Below are positions 37,678 to 46,770 of a DNA stretch of 64,000 bases, in pieces. A model generated the notes under the pieces. It made no database searches. It saw nothing but the letters and a program-made list of their open reading frames with translations, and was not told where the DNA came from. Each line of letters opens with the position of its first letter. Position 1 is the stretch's first letter. Source of the DNA: a virus; IMG/VR virus record IMGVR_UViG_3300045988_098233, positions 6,748 through 70,747 of that record; one strand, 5' to 3'. A program made the position numbers and the translations under genes.

Positions 37678-37882
37678 TTTCAGTAACCTCCTGTGCGGCT
37701 TTCTCAATCAGTCTATCAAGCGCCGCCCGCAGCTTCGCCTCCGCTTTCGGCGCGTCCGTGTCCTGATTGAGCACGGTGCTAATGTACTTAGGGTTCATAC
37801 CAGCCTCCGCCGCAACCTCTTTGATCGTCAATCCGGCGTTGTGGATCTTCCCCACCAACTCGCCGGTCCATTTTGCAGGCAT
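37670..37882 (-). CDS. Cro-like small HTH regulator (first gene of the early leftward operon)
   Basis: 70 aa, divergent from the CI-like gene. LTIKEVAAEAGMNPKYISTVLN. Confidence 0.6.
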   Translation of the reverse strand: MPAKWTGELVGKIHNAGLTIKEVAAEAGMNPKYISTVLNQDTDAPKAEAKLRAALDRLIEKAAQEVTENE

Positions 37883-38102
37883 TAAATCTTACCTCCTTCA
37901 TCAAAAATGTTGACTTTGGTTAGATTCCATGTTATGATGCAAGTGACCAAACCAGCAAAATCCATCAACCTAACCGCCGTCAAATTAACTGACCAAAATC
38001 AGTTTATACACTTATAGTACCTGACTGCGGTCAGATTGTCAACCTGTTTTTTCTGATTTTGGTTAGTTTCGGCATAATGATCAAAATCAGGGGGCAAGAC
38101 TT
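37883..38102. promoter_or_regulatory. lysogeny switch: divergent promoters and operator repeats
   Basis: TTGACT-17-TATGAT (37909-37937). Repeated CTGACCAAAATCAG / CTGATTTTGGTTAG / CTGACTGCGGTCAG / GATCAAAATCAG half-palindromes. Confidence 0.6.
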
Positions 38103-38621
38103 ATGTTTTATGACAGATTTAAACTGCTGTGCAAGCGGAAAGGCATTTCCTGTACGAAAGCAGCTACGGAAAATGGTTTCAGCAACTCTACGCCGACTAA
38201 GTGGAAAAAGACGGCCGCCACGCCGGAGGGTTCTACCATTTCCGTTTTTGCCGATTACTTTAAAGTCCCCGTAGAATATTTGATGGGCTTAACCACACAA
38301 TCTCAAATCGACGAATACACTTTCCGCTTGGCGGAGCTGGAAAAAGCGTTGAAAACCGCCACGGAGGAAGATGCGGACAAAATTGCGCTGGAAATCGACG
38401 TCCTGCGGGAATCCCTCAACGACCTGACCTTTAGCCAGAACATCGAGGCTGCGGCTGACCGTCAGGCCAAAAAAAATACCCGCCCCGCCAAAAGCGGGAC
38501 GGGCAGTGGTTACGCAAAAGCCATCTATGAATTTGTCGATTCCTGCGGAGAGGATCAGTTATCCGACCTTGCGCAGTACGTTGAGTTTTTGAAAAGCCGT
38601 CAGGGGAAGCCTACTACCTGA
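38103..38621 (+). CDS. CI-like repressor (XRE HTH N-domain)
   Basis: 172 aa. FYDRFKLLCKRKGISCTKAATENGFSNSTPTKWKK...VFADYFKVPVEYLMG. Confidence 0.7.
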   Translation: MFYDRFKLLCKRKGISCTKAATENGFSNSTPTKWKKTAATPEGSTISVFADYFKVPVEYLMGLTTQSQIDEYTFRLAELEKALKTATEEDADKIALEIDVLRESLNDLTFSQNIEAAADRQAKKNTRPAKSGTGSGYAKAIYEFVDSCGEDQLSDLAQYVEFLKSRQGKPTT

Positions 38622-38876
38622 TTCCCAGTTTACTTCGGTGCGCCGAACGCCCCGCATTGAATGGCTTCCCACAGCTTTTTCATGCTTTCATCCGACAGTC
38701 CTTTGATCTGGTGCTTCAATTTCTCACGGAGACCCGCGTCGGTATGAAGGTCCGCTTCTGTTGATTCCATTTCTACACATACAAGTCCTTTCTCCCCATC
38801 CTTTCCGTTTTTTCTTCCGCCCCCCTGAAGCTGTGATGGAGAGCCGCCGCCCCAGCCACGAAAGCGGCGGCCCATA

Positions 38877-38915
38877 GCAGACCCGCCGCTTGGGGGTGCG
38901 GTAGGTCTGCTTTTA
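38877..38915 (+). terminator. intrinsic terminator
   Basis: GCAGACC...GGUCUGC hairpin plus UUUU. Confidence 0.5.
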
Positions 38916-39035
38916 TCGTACCATCAAAGCCTCAAGTTTGATAGTCTTAATACACACGATTTCGGTGTTGATACACACAATTCCGATTGCTATTTCGCAC
39001 ATTTTGTCAATTTTCAACAAGGAGGTACTCTATGT

Positions 39036-39488
39036 ATGCTGTCATTGATTGACCAGTGCCGCGCGGTAAAAGAAGAAAAACACATCACAAACAAGGAAAT
39101 CGCGGACGGCAGCGGAGTTCCTCTCAACACGGTGAACAATATGTTCCGTGCCACCACCCATTCCCCTACGTTGGAAACTCTCGGCCCCATCTGCGTTTTC
39201 CTCGGAATTTCCATTGACCAGTTTTTAGGGATGAAACCAACGGAAGATTCTCCGCCACCGGAAACCATAGAGGAAATCGTAAACCGGGAACTGGATGTCT
39301 ACCGTCAGGAGATCAACGGCCTGAACGCCCAGAACGAACTTCTCCGGGAATTTGTGGAACGTCAGTCCCGCGGCATCCGCAACCGGGACCGTCTTTTGCG
39401 ATGGATGTTGGTCCTTTTGATCTTCGTCGTGGCTTACGCCGTTTATCTGGACCTGCACTGTCTGGAATTTGGGTTCTTCCACGGCTGA
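39036..39488 (+). CDS. membrane-anchored XRE-family regulator
   Basis: 150 aa. N-terminal HTH_3 (ITNKEIADGSGVPLNTVNNMF), coiled coil, C-terminal TM (WMLVLLIFVVAYAVYL). Confidence 0.6.
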   Translation: MLSLIDQCRAVKEEKHITNKEIADGSGVPLNTVNNMFRATTHSPTLETLGPICVFLGISIDQFLGMKPTEDSPPPETIEEIVNRELDVYRQEINGLNAQNELLREFVERQSRGIRNRDRLLRWMLVLLIFVVAYAVYLDLHCLEFGFFHG

Positions 39489-39508
39489 TACACACGGGAG
39501 GTGTGCGC

Positions 39509-40672
39509 ATGAAATGCAAAAACTGTAAGCGTGTCATTGATGATGATTCTATCTTCTGCAAGTGGTGCGGTGAACGCCAGATCAGGGAGCGAAAAAAGAA
39601 GGACGAGATCAAAGTCCCCTCCCCACGTCAGTTGAAGTCCGGCAAGTGGAACATCGAACTGCGGGCCGAAGGGCAAAGTATCACGGAAGATACCGCCGCT
39701 CTCTGCGAAGCCAAGGCCCGCGCCATCCGCGCCGGCTTTCTGGAAGCTAAAAAGGAAGCAAAATGCAGTCTCACGCTTCTTCAGGCAATCGACAGTTATT
39801 TGGAAAAAAATCAATCTTTGTCTCCATCCACGATCCGGGGATATGAGTGTATCAAAAAGAATCGCTTCCCCGGAAAGATCAATGCCAAAATACAGGATAT
39901 ATCAAATTGGCAGCAGGAGATCGACGAAGCCAGTGAAACCCTGTCCCCTAAAACAGTGTATAATTCATGGGGCCTTGTTTGCACCGTGATGCGGGACAAT
40001 CATATACCTCCGCCGGAAGTCCGTCTCCCTCAAAGCATAAAAAAAGACCTTCCCTGGCTGACCTACCAGCAGATCCTTGTTTTTGTGGGCGCTGTGAGCG
40101 GCAGCCGGTTTGAAGTGGGCGCGCTGCTGGCCCTTCACAGCCTCCGCCGGTCTGAAATATTCGGCCTATCTTGGGAAAACATCGACTTAAAGAAAAAGCG
40201 GATCAAAATTCAAGGCGCACGGGTCATGGATAAAAACGGAGACTTTGTGTATAAAAAGACCAACAAAAACGTTTCGTCTCAACGCACGATCCAAATTATG
40301 ATCCCCGCCCTTTACGAGCTGCTTTCGCAGCGGAAAAGCGCCGGCCTTCCCATTCTGGATTGTACTGAAAATTCTTTGCGCGGCGGCATCAACCTGATCT
40401 GCAAAAAGAATGACCTTCCTGAGTGCGGTGTTCACGGTCTCCGTCGCTCCTTTGCCTCCCTCGGTTTCCATCTTGGGCTTAGCGAATTGGAAGTGCAAGA
40501 AATCGGTGGATGGAGCGACCACAACACCGTTCATAAGATTTATCTCAAACTCGCCAGAGAGGACCGTCTCAACGCTGAAAACAAAATGGAGCAGTTTTAC
40601 AAAAACCGAGGCGATGACCCTGCTCCGGACGAAGAACAGCCCCCTGACCAAACGCCTCGCGCATCCGCCTGA
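39509..40672 (+). CDS. int: tyrosine integrase with N-terminal zinc ribbon
   Basis: ATG 39509 with GGGAGGTG RBS. CKNCK...CKWCG. Catalytic contexts LHSLRRSE, HGLRRSFAS and HNTVHKIYL. Confidence 0.9.
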   Translation: MKCKNCKRVIDDDSIFCKWCGERQIRERKKKDEIKVPSPRQLKSGKWNIELRAEGQSITEDTAALCEAKARAIRAGFLEAKKEAKCSLTLLQAIDSYLEKNQSLSPSTIRGYECIKKNRFPGKINAKIQDISNWQQEIDEASETLSPKTVYNSWGLVCTVMRDNHIPPPEVRLPQSIKKDLPWLTYQQILVFVGAVSGSRFEVGALLALHSLRRSEIFGLSWENIDLKKKRIKIQGARVMDKNGDFVYKKTNKNVSSQRTIQIMIPALYELLSQRKSAGLPILDCTENSLRGGINLICKKNDLPECGVHGLRRSFASLGFHLGLSELEVQEIGGWSDHNTVHKIYLKLAREDRLNAENKMEQFYKNRGDDPAPDEEQPPDQTPRASA

Positions 40673-40699
40673 CTCTCCCATGTCCCCCACCGCCAAACC

Positions 40700-40950
40700 T
40701 CGCGTTTTACGAACGATTTTACGAACGCCGCAAAACGCCCATTCATTTTCAACGGTTATAGCCGTTTATTAGTGGGTTCGACTCCCGCCACTCGGACCAA
40801 CCCCACAATCCTTGTGATTGTGGGGTTTTCCTTATATTCCAACGGGTTCAGCCGTTTTTGGATGGTAAAAATATTTTCCATTACGTCAATAAAAATACCA
40901 AATGCAAGGAGTTTTATCTTCGATTTTACGAACGGTTTTACGAACGAAAA
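40700..40950 (+). other. attP-like attachment region: arm repeats on both sides of a tRNA 3' end mimic plus terminator
   Basis: TTTTACGAACG twice at 40705-40727 and twice at 40924-40946. CAACGGTTATAGCCGTTT / CAACGGGTTCAGCCGTTT flank GTGGGTTCGACTCCCGCCACTCGGACCA (40772-40799: T-arm, acceptor 3' strand, CCA). Hairpin plus U-run at 40801-40830. Confidence 0.6.
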
Positions 40951-40981
40951 ACCCCCGCTTCAAAAGCGAGGGGTTTTTGCA

Positions 40982-41527
40982 TTATTTGGTTTGCAAGTCA
41001 TCCACATAGCACCAGCTTTGGGGTGGGCGACCGATAACCCGGCCATCACAACCCATTTTGGTGTAATTGTAATAAGGGCAGGCACAGCAATCGGCATCGA
41101 CTCTACATAGCGTCTTGAACTCGCTCAATTCTTTCGGCGCATCATAAATGCGCAGGTCGGAAATATGCCAGCCGTAACAACGCCCCTTATCGCCGATATA
41201 AGCTATAATTTCTGCCTGAGATAAGCACGTCGCAGGGGAAAAGGCGGCATTTGTCGGACACCATAGCCTGCCGCCATCGTATGTGATCGGGACGATCCGC
41301 TCACAGGTAAACTCGCCTATAACCTTGCCGCCGCCGTAAAACTGTGGCATTGGATAGTCCGTCGCAATGAAGTCCTCGTGCGGATATTTTGGCAGCGTGC
41401 AATAGATATAGGCCTTAAACGGCGTTTCCAGCTTCGGCTTGGTCTTGCGGACTTCGATAGTCTTTTCGCCGGAGGCAATCTTTTGACACCACTTCGGGCG
41501 GACGCTCAACATAACAGCCTTACTCAT
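40982..41527 (-). CDS. ASCH-domain protein
   Basis: Start trimmed to MSKAVMLSVRPKWCQKIASGEKTIEVRKTKP (ASCH N-motif). Confidence 0.65.
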   Translation of the reverse strand: MSKAVMLSVRPKWCQKIASGEKTIEVRKTKPKLETPFKAYIYCTLPKYPHEDFIATDYPMPQFYGGGKVIGEFTCERIVPITYDGGRLWCPTNAAFSPATCLSQAEIIAYIGDKGRCYGWHISDLRIYDAPKELSEFKTLCRVDADCCACPYYNYTKMGCDGRVIGRPPQSWCYVDDLQTK

Positions 41528-41921
41528 GCTTTCTCCCCACCTTCTCCAAAAACTCATCGATCCTGCCCTGGTCTGCCACAACAACCTCTTTCCCGATTTT
41601 CTCGGCGTAGGCCCGCTCTAACCGTGCCCCAGAACTCTCACGCCAGTCCGGCAGCAGAACCACACAGTCCGCACAGTCAATCATGGAAAAGCAGATACGC
41701 ATATAATCGCCCTGCTCCATGCCGGAGGGGAGGTTCGCCGGGTTTAGGACGCAATGTCCCATGGCAGTGAGGGCTTGCTCTGCCTTGGCAAATTTCTCCC
41801 GATAGTTCTTGTCACCGGTGATCTTCCCGGCAATATACACACGAAGGTGCGCCCCGACCTGCATATCAAACGCCCGCTTTGCGGGCCGCTGCTTGCTTAC
41901 AACTTTGATGTATTCAATCAT
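41520..41921 (-). CDS. DUF4406 / nucleoside 2-deoxyribosyltransferase-like protein
   Basis: Start trimmed to MIEYIKV. YIAGKITGD...CADCVVLLPDWRESSGARLE pattern. Confidence 0.6.
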   Translation of the reverse strand: MIEYIKVVSKQRPAKRAFDMQVGAHLRVYIAGKITGDKNYREKFAKAEQALTAMGHCVLNPANLPSGMEQGDYMRICFSMIDCADCVVLLPDWRESSGARLERAYAEKIGKEVVVADQGRIDEFLEKVGRKHE

Positions 41922-42279
41922 CCTTACTCTCCTTTGCATCCCGCATACGCAGTTCATTGACGGCATCCACAAGCTCATTCAGTTTCCACAATATAGCTGT
42001 TTCGTCTGTGTAAATTAGTTTGTCAATCTTTGGAACTTGCACTGACTGGGGAACTTGAACTGCCTGGGCAAAAGTATACTGGCCAATGCGTTTGTAACCC
42101 GGAAACCCTTTCTCATACTCGTAAGCTGTGATGTAATCGCCGTTGCCGTCCGTATATAGGACGAAAGGTTCGTAGAAACCGCGCGCCTTGCACTGCTCAC
42201 ATTGGCAGATGGACTGGATATAACCGACCCGACCAGTAGCATCTTCAACGTAGTCCCCAACACGAAAATCATACTTCAT
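41914..42279 (-). CDS. hypothetical protein
   Basis: Start trimmed to MKYDFRVGDY (TGATG overlap). Confidence 0.45.
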   Translation of the reverse strand: MKYDFRVGDYVEDATGRVGYIQSICQCEQCKARGFYEPFVLYTDGNGDYITAYEYEKGFPGYKRIGQYTFAQAVQVPQSVQVPKIDKLIYTDETAILWKLNELVDAVNELRMRDAKESKDD

Positions 42280-42503
42280 CACAAATGCCCCTCCCCACTC
42301 AGCAGTAAAATTATTGTATAAATGCTTGCACAAATTGCGAACGTGCCAAAGGCCCCAAACATTGTAGCGTATAAGGCGCATAGCATCGTTAATTTAGGTT
42401 TGTACTCAAGTCCTTGTTGTTTAAGCAAGTCTTTTACATAGAAAAAGATTTTACGGAAAAGGAAAAGAAAAACAATACCAGATAGAATCGCCAGTTTAGC
42501 CAT
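42279..42503 (-). CDS. small two-TM membrane protein
   Basis: Start trimmed to MAKLAILSGIVFLFLF. Confidence 0.45.
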   Translation of the reverse strand: MAKLAILSGIVFLFLFRKIFFYVKDLLKQQGLEYKPKLTMLCALYATMFGAFGTFAICASIYTIILLLSGEGHL

Positions 42504-43092
42504 TTTTATTTCCTGCTCCCATCTCTGGCCGCGTAAGCGGACGGTACACCGTCTGAATATCATTCTTCCATGGCGTCAGCCAGACGCACCACATCACGTC
42601 CATCAGCGGACTTCCCTTCTCTCCGGGCATCCGCTTCTTGAAAAAGAAATCCGGGCGCCACGTCAGCGGCAGAATGTAGCTGGGCGGGATTTCGTCAAAC
42701 AGCTTCCGCCGGCACGTTGCGTTCCAATACTGAGACTTCAGGAGAAAAGCAAATGGCTTGCCCAGTTCCGCTGCTCTGCGGATAAATGCCTCCGCCAGCG
42801 AGAAAGGCGGGTTCGTGATGATCCAATCCGCCGCATCAATGCTGGACTTCAAGAAGTCCGTCCCATCCAGAATGTCCGTTGTATAGACGGTTTCAAAGTA
42901 AGTTTGAAGCACACCGGCCATATCGCCCTCTCCCGTTGCCGGTTCCCACACGGACGTTGTGCGCGGAAGATTCAAAAAGCGCATAAGTGCCACCGTCACA
43001 TCCGGCGGGGTGGGATAGAAGTCTGACTGACTCCGCCCATACGCACTGTTCCCGCCAGCTATCCTGCTTGCATTCAAGCTATCCATATTCAA
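42496..43092 (-). CDS. putative N6-adenine DNA methyltransferase (gamma-like motif order)
   Basis: 198 aa. FYPTPP, WEPATGEGDM (motif I-like), ITNPPFS (motif IV). Confidence 0.6.
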   Translation of the reverse strand: MNMDSLNASRIAGGNSAYGRSQSDFYPTPPDVTVALMRFLNLPRTTSVWEPATGEGDMAGVLQTYFETVYTTDILDGTDFLKSSIDAADWIITNPPFSLAEAFIRRAAELGKPFAFLLKSQYWNATCRRKLFDEIPPSYILPLTWRPDFFFKKRMPGEKGSPLMDVMWCVWLTPWKNDIQTVYRPLTRPEMGAGNKNG

Positions 43093-43790
43093 CCTCCCGT
43101 AAACAAACTGATCTGCGCCGTGTATTCTGCAAAGCGCTTTTCCTGCGCCTGAAAATAGTGAGGGTCGATCTCACACCCAACAAAATCAAAGCCAAGATCA
43201 TAGGCGGCTATGCGGCTGCTGCCGCTGCCTAAGTGGGTGTCCAGTATCTTGTCCCCCGGCTTTGCGTACTTCTGCAAGATCCATGTGTATAGCGCCACTG
43301 GCTTCTGCGTCGGGTGAATGCGCTTCTCGTTCAGCGACTTATTACCTTGCTGGACTGTCCCCTCTGCAATACTCTTTCCTTGCATCATGCCGCGCCACAT
43401 GAACCTGAATATATCAGTCCGAAGGTTCAAAGAGTTGAATGCGATCTCAGCCCCAGACTGATCGGCCCCGTCATTGCACTTGTCCCACACGATTGCTCCG
43501 CCGCGAGGAAGAACAAAATAGTTTGCTCCCCAGATGATCTGATTCTTGCTGACCCGGAAAAGCTCCGCAAAGTACCGCTCATCCGCAGGGAAACGGTCAA
43601 AGCCGGTCTTTTCGTAGCCGCCATCCTTGACGTAAATCCGTGCTCCATTCTTCTGCGTTACATAGCGGCTCCGGTCCTTACCGCCATCTTCTCCGATTCC
43701 ATAAGGAGGGTCTACCACAGCCAGATCAAACGAATTGTCGGCCAGCGCCCGCATATACTCCATGCAGTCCATGTTATAGGCTACGTTCAA
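43089..43790 (-). CDS. N4/N6 DNA methyltransferase (beta class, N6_N4_Mtase family)
   Basis: 233 aa. VVDPPYGI near the N-term, HPTQKP, DTHLGSGSS near the C-term. Confidence 0.85.
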   Translation of the reverse strand: MNVAYNMDCMEYMRALADNSFDLAVVDPPYGIGEDGGKDRSRYVTQKNGARIYVKDGGYEKTGFDRFPADERYFAELFRVSKNQIIWGANYFVLPRGGAIVWDKCNDGADQSGAEIAFNSLNLRTDIFRFMWRGMMQGKSIAEGTVQQGNKSLNEKRIHPTQKPVALYTWILQKYAKPGDKILDTHLGSGSSRIAAYDLGFDFVGCEIDPHYFQAQEKRFAEYTAQISLFTGG

Positions 43791-44080
43791 TCCTTTTTCC
43801 CTCCCTTGATAACAGTAAACGCCCCTCGGCGCTTGACCGCCGCACGGGCCTCCTTCTGCTTCACCTGTTCCAGATACTCTTTATACTTCGCCGGTAGGCG
43901 AAATTTTTCACACGATTTTCGCCATTGGCTCCGCTTCGTATAATCCCCATCGAACCACTTGCACTCATCACAGCAATAGCAGACGTCCTCCACGTCCTTG
44001 ATCTCTCCCGGCGTGAAGTATGCGCTGAATAACTCGCAGTTATAGAGGCAGTTGTTGCAGACACACCCATAGCAGCTCAT
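43787..44080 (-). CDS. Cys-rich hypothetical protein
   Basis: 97 aa. CYGCVCNNCLYNC...CYCCDEC. Confidence 0.45.
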   Translation of the reverse strand: MSCYGCVCNNCLYNCELFSAYFTPGEIKDVEDVCYCCDECKWFDGDYTKRSQWRKSCEKFRLPAKYKEYLEQVKQKEARAAVKRRGAFTVIKGGKKD

Positions 44081-44292
44081 TTCGCATCTCCATCAGCCGG
44101 AACGTTCTTGTCTGCAAAATAAAGATGTCTGCCACCGATTTCCCTGATAAGCATATCAAGCTGCCAGTGCATAAAGACTTGTTTGTGAACCGTCCTTCCA
44201 TGCCAGAAAAAATACTGCATCTCTGGGGAATGCAGAAAGTCCTCAATGCTCTTGACCTGCGCCCCCTGCCTGTATTTCCGCGTGTATGCCAT
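44077..44292 (-). CDS. hypothetical protein
   Basis: 71-aa ORF. Confidence 0.45.
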   Translation of the reverse strand: MAYTRKYRQGAQVKSIEDFLHSPEMQYFFWHGRTVHKQVFMHWQLDMLIREIGGRHLYFADKNVPADGDAK

Positions 44293-44313
44293 GTCTCTCG
44301 ACCTCCTACTGCT

Positions 44314-44661
44314 TTACGTCTCAAGGCCAATTTCCGTGATCGTCATTCCGATGACAATTTCTGTTTTATCGAAAATCACATCTTCGCACGTTCCACCAAA
44401 CCGCAAAACTCCATTTACCTCAACGAAGCCTTCCGGGTCCCACTTGATAGACTTGACAATACCAATCCTTTTAGAAGTACCGTCTGCCCGAAACTGAATG
44501 ACCGGGACGTTCGTATCCCCCTTGCAGGAATTTTTAATAGCATCAATCGTATAAACAACACCGTTCGCATCCCGAAAGCGTGGGGCGTGGTCGCAACCAC
44601 CTCTATCGTAATTCTCAGAAACAGGAAATCTCGCGTGAAATTCAACTGGTGTACATCTCAT
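44314..44661 (-). CDS. hypothetical protein
   Basis: 115-aa ORF, first gene of this leftward block. Confidence 0.45.
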   Translation of the reverse strand: MRCTPVEFHARFPVSENYDRGGCDHAPRFRDANGVVYTIDAIKNSCKGDTNVPVIQFRADGTSKRIGIVKSIKWDPEGFVEVNGVLRFGGTCEDVIFDKTEIVIGMTITEIGLET

Positions 44662-45641
44662 AAATCATTCCTCCTATCTTTAGCATAGCAACCCCCTCCA
44701 ATAGGGTTTTTGCACACCCGCTTCACCTACCGCCTACCAGCACGTCACCTACCGACCGCCTGCGCCCCGCCCGCACCGCGCAACCTAAGCACGTATTCCC
44801 CACATAAGCGAAGCGTTTTTATAAAAATTTTTTTTGACCCCTTTTTGACTTTTCCGTTTTTTGCCCCCGGTTTTCTAAACTACCCCCCCCTTAAAGGGGT
44901 AGGAAAGGCGACGGGGATGAGAACGTGGGTGGAGGGGGAAGAGTTGTGGAGAGATTCTGCGCCGATCCGGTGTCCAGGTCTGTAAACCACCCCCCACCCA
45001 GCCGGGGCCGTGGTCAGCTGGTCAGCTGGTCAGCCGGTGCCATTGGAGCGGAGGCGGGGCCGCTGGGCGGGTCTCGGAGAGGGTCAAAACCTGTTGCAAA
45101 TGCCTGAACTGTTGCCATAATAAGCAATTAGGGCAACAGTTACCGCCTTTTTGGGTGGTAAATGCAACAACAGCCCATGCCGCCATTGTGCAACCTGACG
45201 AAAGGCGGCGGGAGCCGGGGCCGCTGGGCGGGTCTCTGGTCTTGGTGCCGGTGGTGGTGGCCGTCCTCAGATGGTCGGCGGTGGCCGTGGAGGTCGGGCC
45301 GATGCAATCAGCCGGAACAGACCCCCGGCGGTGACTCCTCCACCCCTTCCCCTTTTTCCGTTGTCCATTGCTTCCGGGCCTGCGGGAGTGCTCCGCGCCT
45401 TTCTTCATTTGGGTAAAGCGTCCGGGGGTTCTTGGGGGTACGTTTTAGGGTACTCTAATCAAGCGCGCCCGCAAGAAACGCGCGCGCACGCATAGGGGCT
45501 AAAAATAGGCCACTGGCGTGGCTCAGGATGTAAGCGGCTGCGCGGCGTGGGTCTGTGGTGCGGTGCTGGGCTGTATCGCTCAGAGGGCACGAGAAAAGCC
45601 CGCCGGGGCGGTTCCCGGTGGGCTGGTGGTGGCGGGTGGTA
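44662..45641. repeat. ORF-free repeat-rich region (ori/pac/partition-like candidate)
   Basis: AT-rich tract 44810-44870. GGTCAGC(T/C)GG three times (45011-45037). 20-nt direct repeat GGGGCCGCTGGGCGGGTCTC at about 45055 and 45215. Five TGTTGC/GCAACA boxes, including a perfect 10-bp inverted repeat AACTGTTGCC...GGCAACAGTT (45107-45141). Confidence 0.5.
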
Positions 45642-46004
45642 TTAGGTTAGAAACAGTTCGCCATTGATCTCCAGGCTCACGGCCTCTTGTTTCATCTCGT
45701 GTTTGATCTTCCGGCAGATGGCGACGATTTCGGCGCCGTGGCGCTCGATGTCCTCCGCTGCGGCGTTGCTGTAAACGATGGTGACGGCCTCGCCCACGAG
45801 TCCGGCGGACTGGCTCACCCAGTAGCCGCGGGCCTCGGTGGCGGTGGCTCCGCCAAACATGGCGGACAGCTTCGCGGCGACTTCCTCCACCTGGCGCCGG
45901 TTGTCGGTGGGGTGGTCGGTGTCGGTGGTGCTCGGCACATAGATAGCAACGCGGGAGTCCAGGCGGACGACGCCGGGGATCGTGTCAAAAAAACTCTTTT
46001 TCAT
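45642..46004 (-). CDS. hypothetical protein
   Basis: 120-aa ORF. Confidence 0.5.
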   Translation of the reverse strand: MKKSFFDTIPGVVRLDSRVAIYVPSTTDTDHPTDNRRQVEEVAAKLSAMFGGATATEARGYWVSQSAGLVGEAVTIVYSNAAAEDIERHGAEIVAICRKIKHEMKQEAVSLEINGELFLT

Positions 46005-46023
46005 TTTGTGTTCCTCCTCTTCC

Positions 46024-46200
46024 TTATGCGGTCGCCCGTGCGCGGCGGTTGATCTCTGCGAGTGCTGCCCTTACTGCGGTTTCATCCTCGGCGTATGCCG
46101 TGCCGGAGATCGTCCCGCAGGCCCTCCGGTATGCTGCCCGGTCATCAGCCCAGGCGATCAGCTCGCGGAGCTTGTCCATGCTCATTTTGCTGTAATCCAT
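46024..46200 (-). CDS. small hypothetical protein
   Basis: Start trimmed to MDYSKMSMDKL. Confidence 0.4.
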   Translation of the reverse strand: MDYSKMSMDKLRELIAWADDRAAYRRACGTISGTAYAEDETAVRAALAEINRRARATA

Positions 46201-46284
46201 TTTGTGATCCTTTCCGGGGCGGTGCCCCTCTGGCCCGGTGGGCCTCCGTGGTGTTGTCCTGTTCTGTATGATCCCATTATATAT

Positions 46285-46420
46285 GAGTAAACCCCATATT
46301 TCAATAGGCACTTTCGCCAAAAGTAAACCCCATATTTTGTATAATATTTATGGGGTAAACCCCTTGTTTTTCTGTTTCCGGCCCCCTATAATAATAGATG
46401 TCAAGAGGATAGCACACCAT
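46285..46420. promoter_or_regulatory. divergent promoter region with three GTAAACCCC operator-like repeats
   Basis: GTAAACCCCATATT at 46287 and 46323, GGGGTAAACCCCTTG at 46352. TATAAT at 46340 and a second TATAAT near 46387. Confidence 0.5.
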
Positions 46421-46461
46421 CACCGGACCGGCGGCCGCTCCGCCGGAGAAAGGACAGCCCC

Positions 46462-46644
46462 ATGGCCAATTACTATATCAGAGATGCGGCCCATGCCGCC
46501 GCGATCCTCGACGAGTTCCGCCGCTGCGGTGACTGCGGCAACTGCGGACTAAACACCCCGGAGGGCTGGCGCTGCTCCCACATGGCGGAGCAGGCCGAAA
46601 AATACTTGAGAGCCCATCGAGAGGAGGCCCGGGACAATGGCTAA
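46462..46644 (+). CDS. small Cys-containing hypothetical protein
   Basis: 60-aa ORF. Confidence 0.45.
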   Translation: MANYYIRDAAHAAAILDEFRRCGDCGNCGLNTPEGWRCSHMAEQAEKYLRAHREEARDNG

Positions 46645-46770
46645 TTTGTTTGAGCGCTACGAGGCCCACCCCAACGAGGCGCGGATCACGGTAAACGGTG
46701 CCGCCCTGCTGAGTATCTGACAGCACCAGCAGAACAGCGACCCGGCTACACCGGGAGAAAGGACGAAATC

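Noticed and set aside
40772-40799. A tRNA gene next to the integrase
   Set aside because: Only the T arm, 3' acceptor strand and CCA are present. No complementary 5' acceptor strand (CCGAGTG) or D/anticodon arms occur in the 80 nt upstream. I interpret it as the att core mimic.
45011-45037. Possible CRISPR or minisatellite (GGTCAGCTGG repeated three times)
   Set aside because: The units are 9-10 bp, directly tandem and without spacers. They are far too short for CRISPR and are treated as part of the repeat-rich noncoding region.
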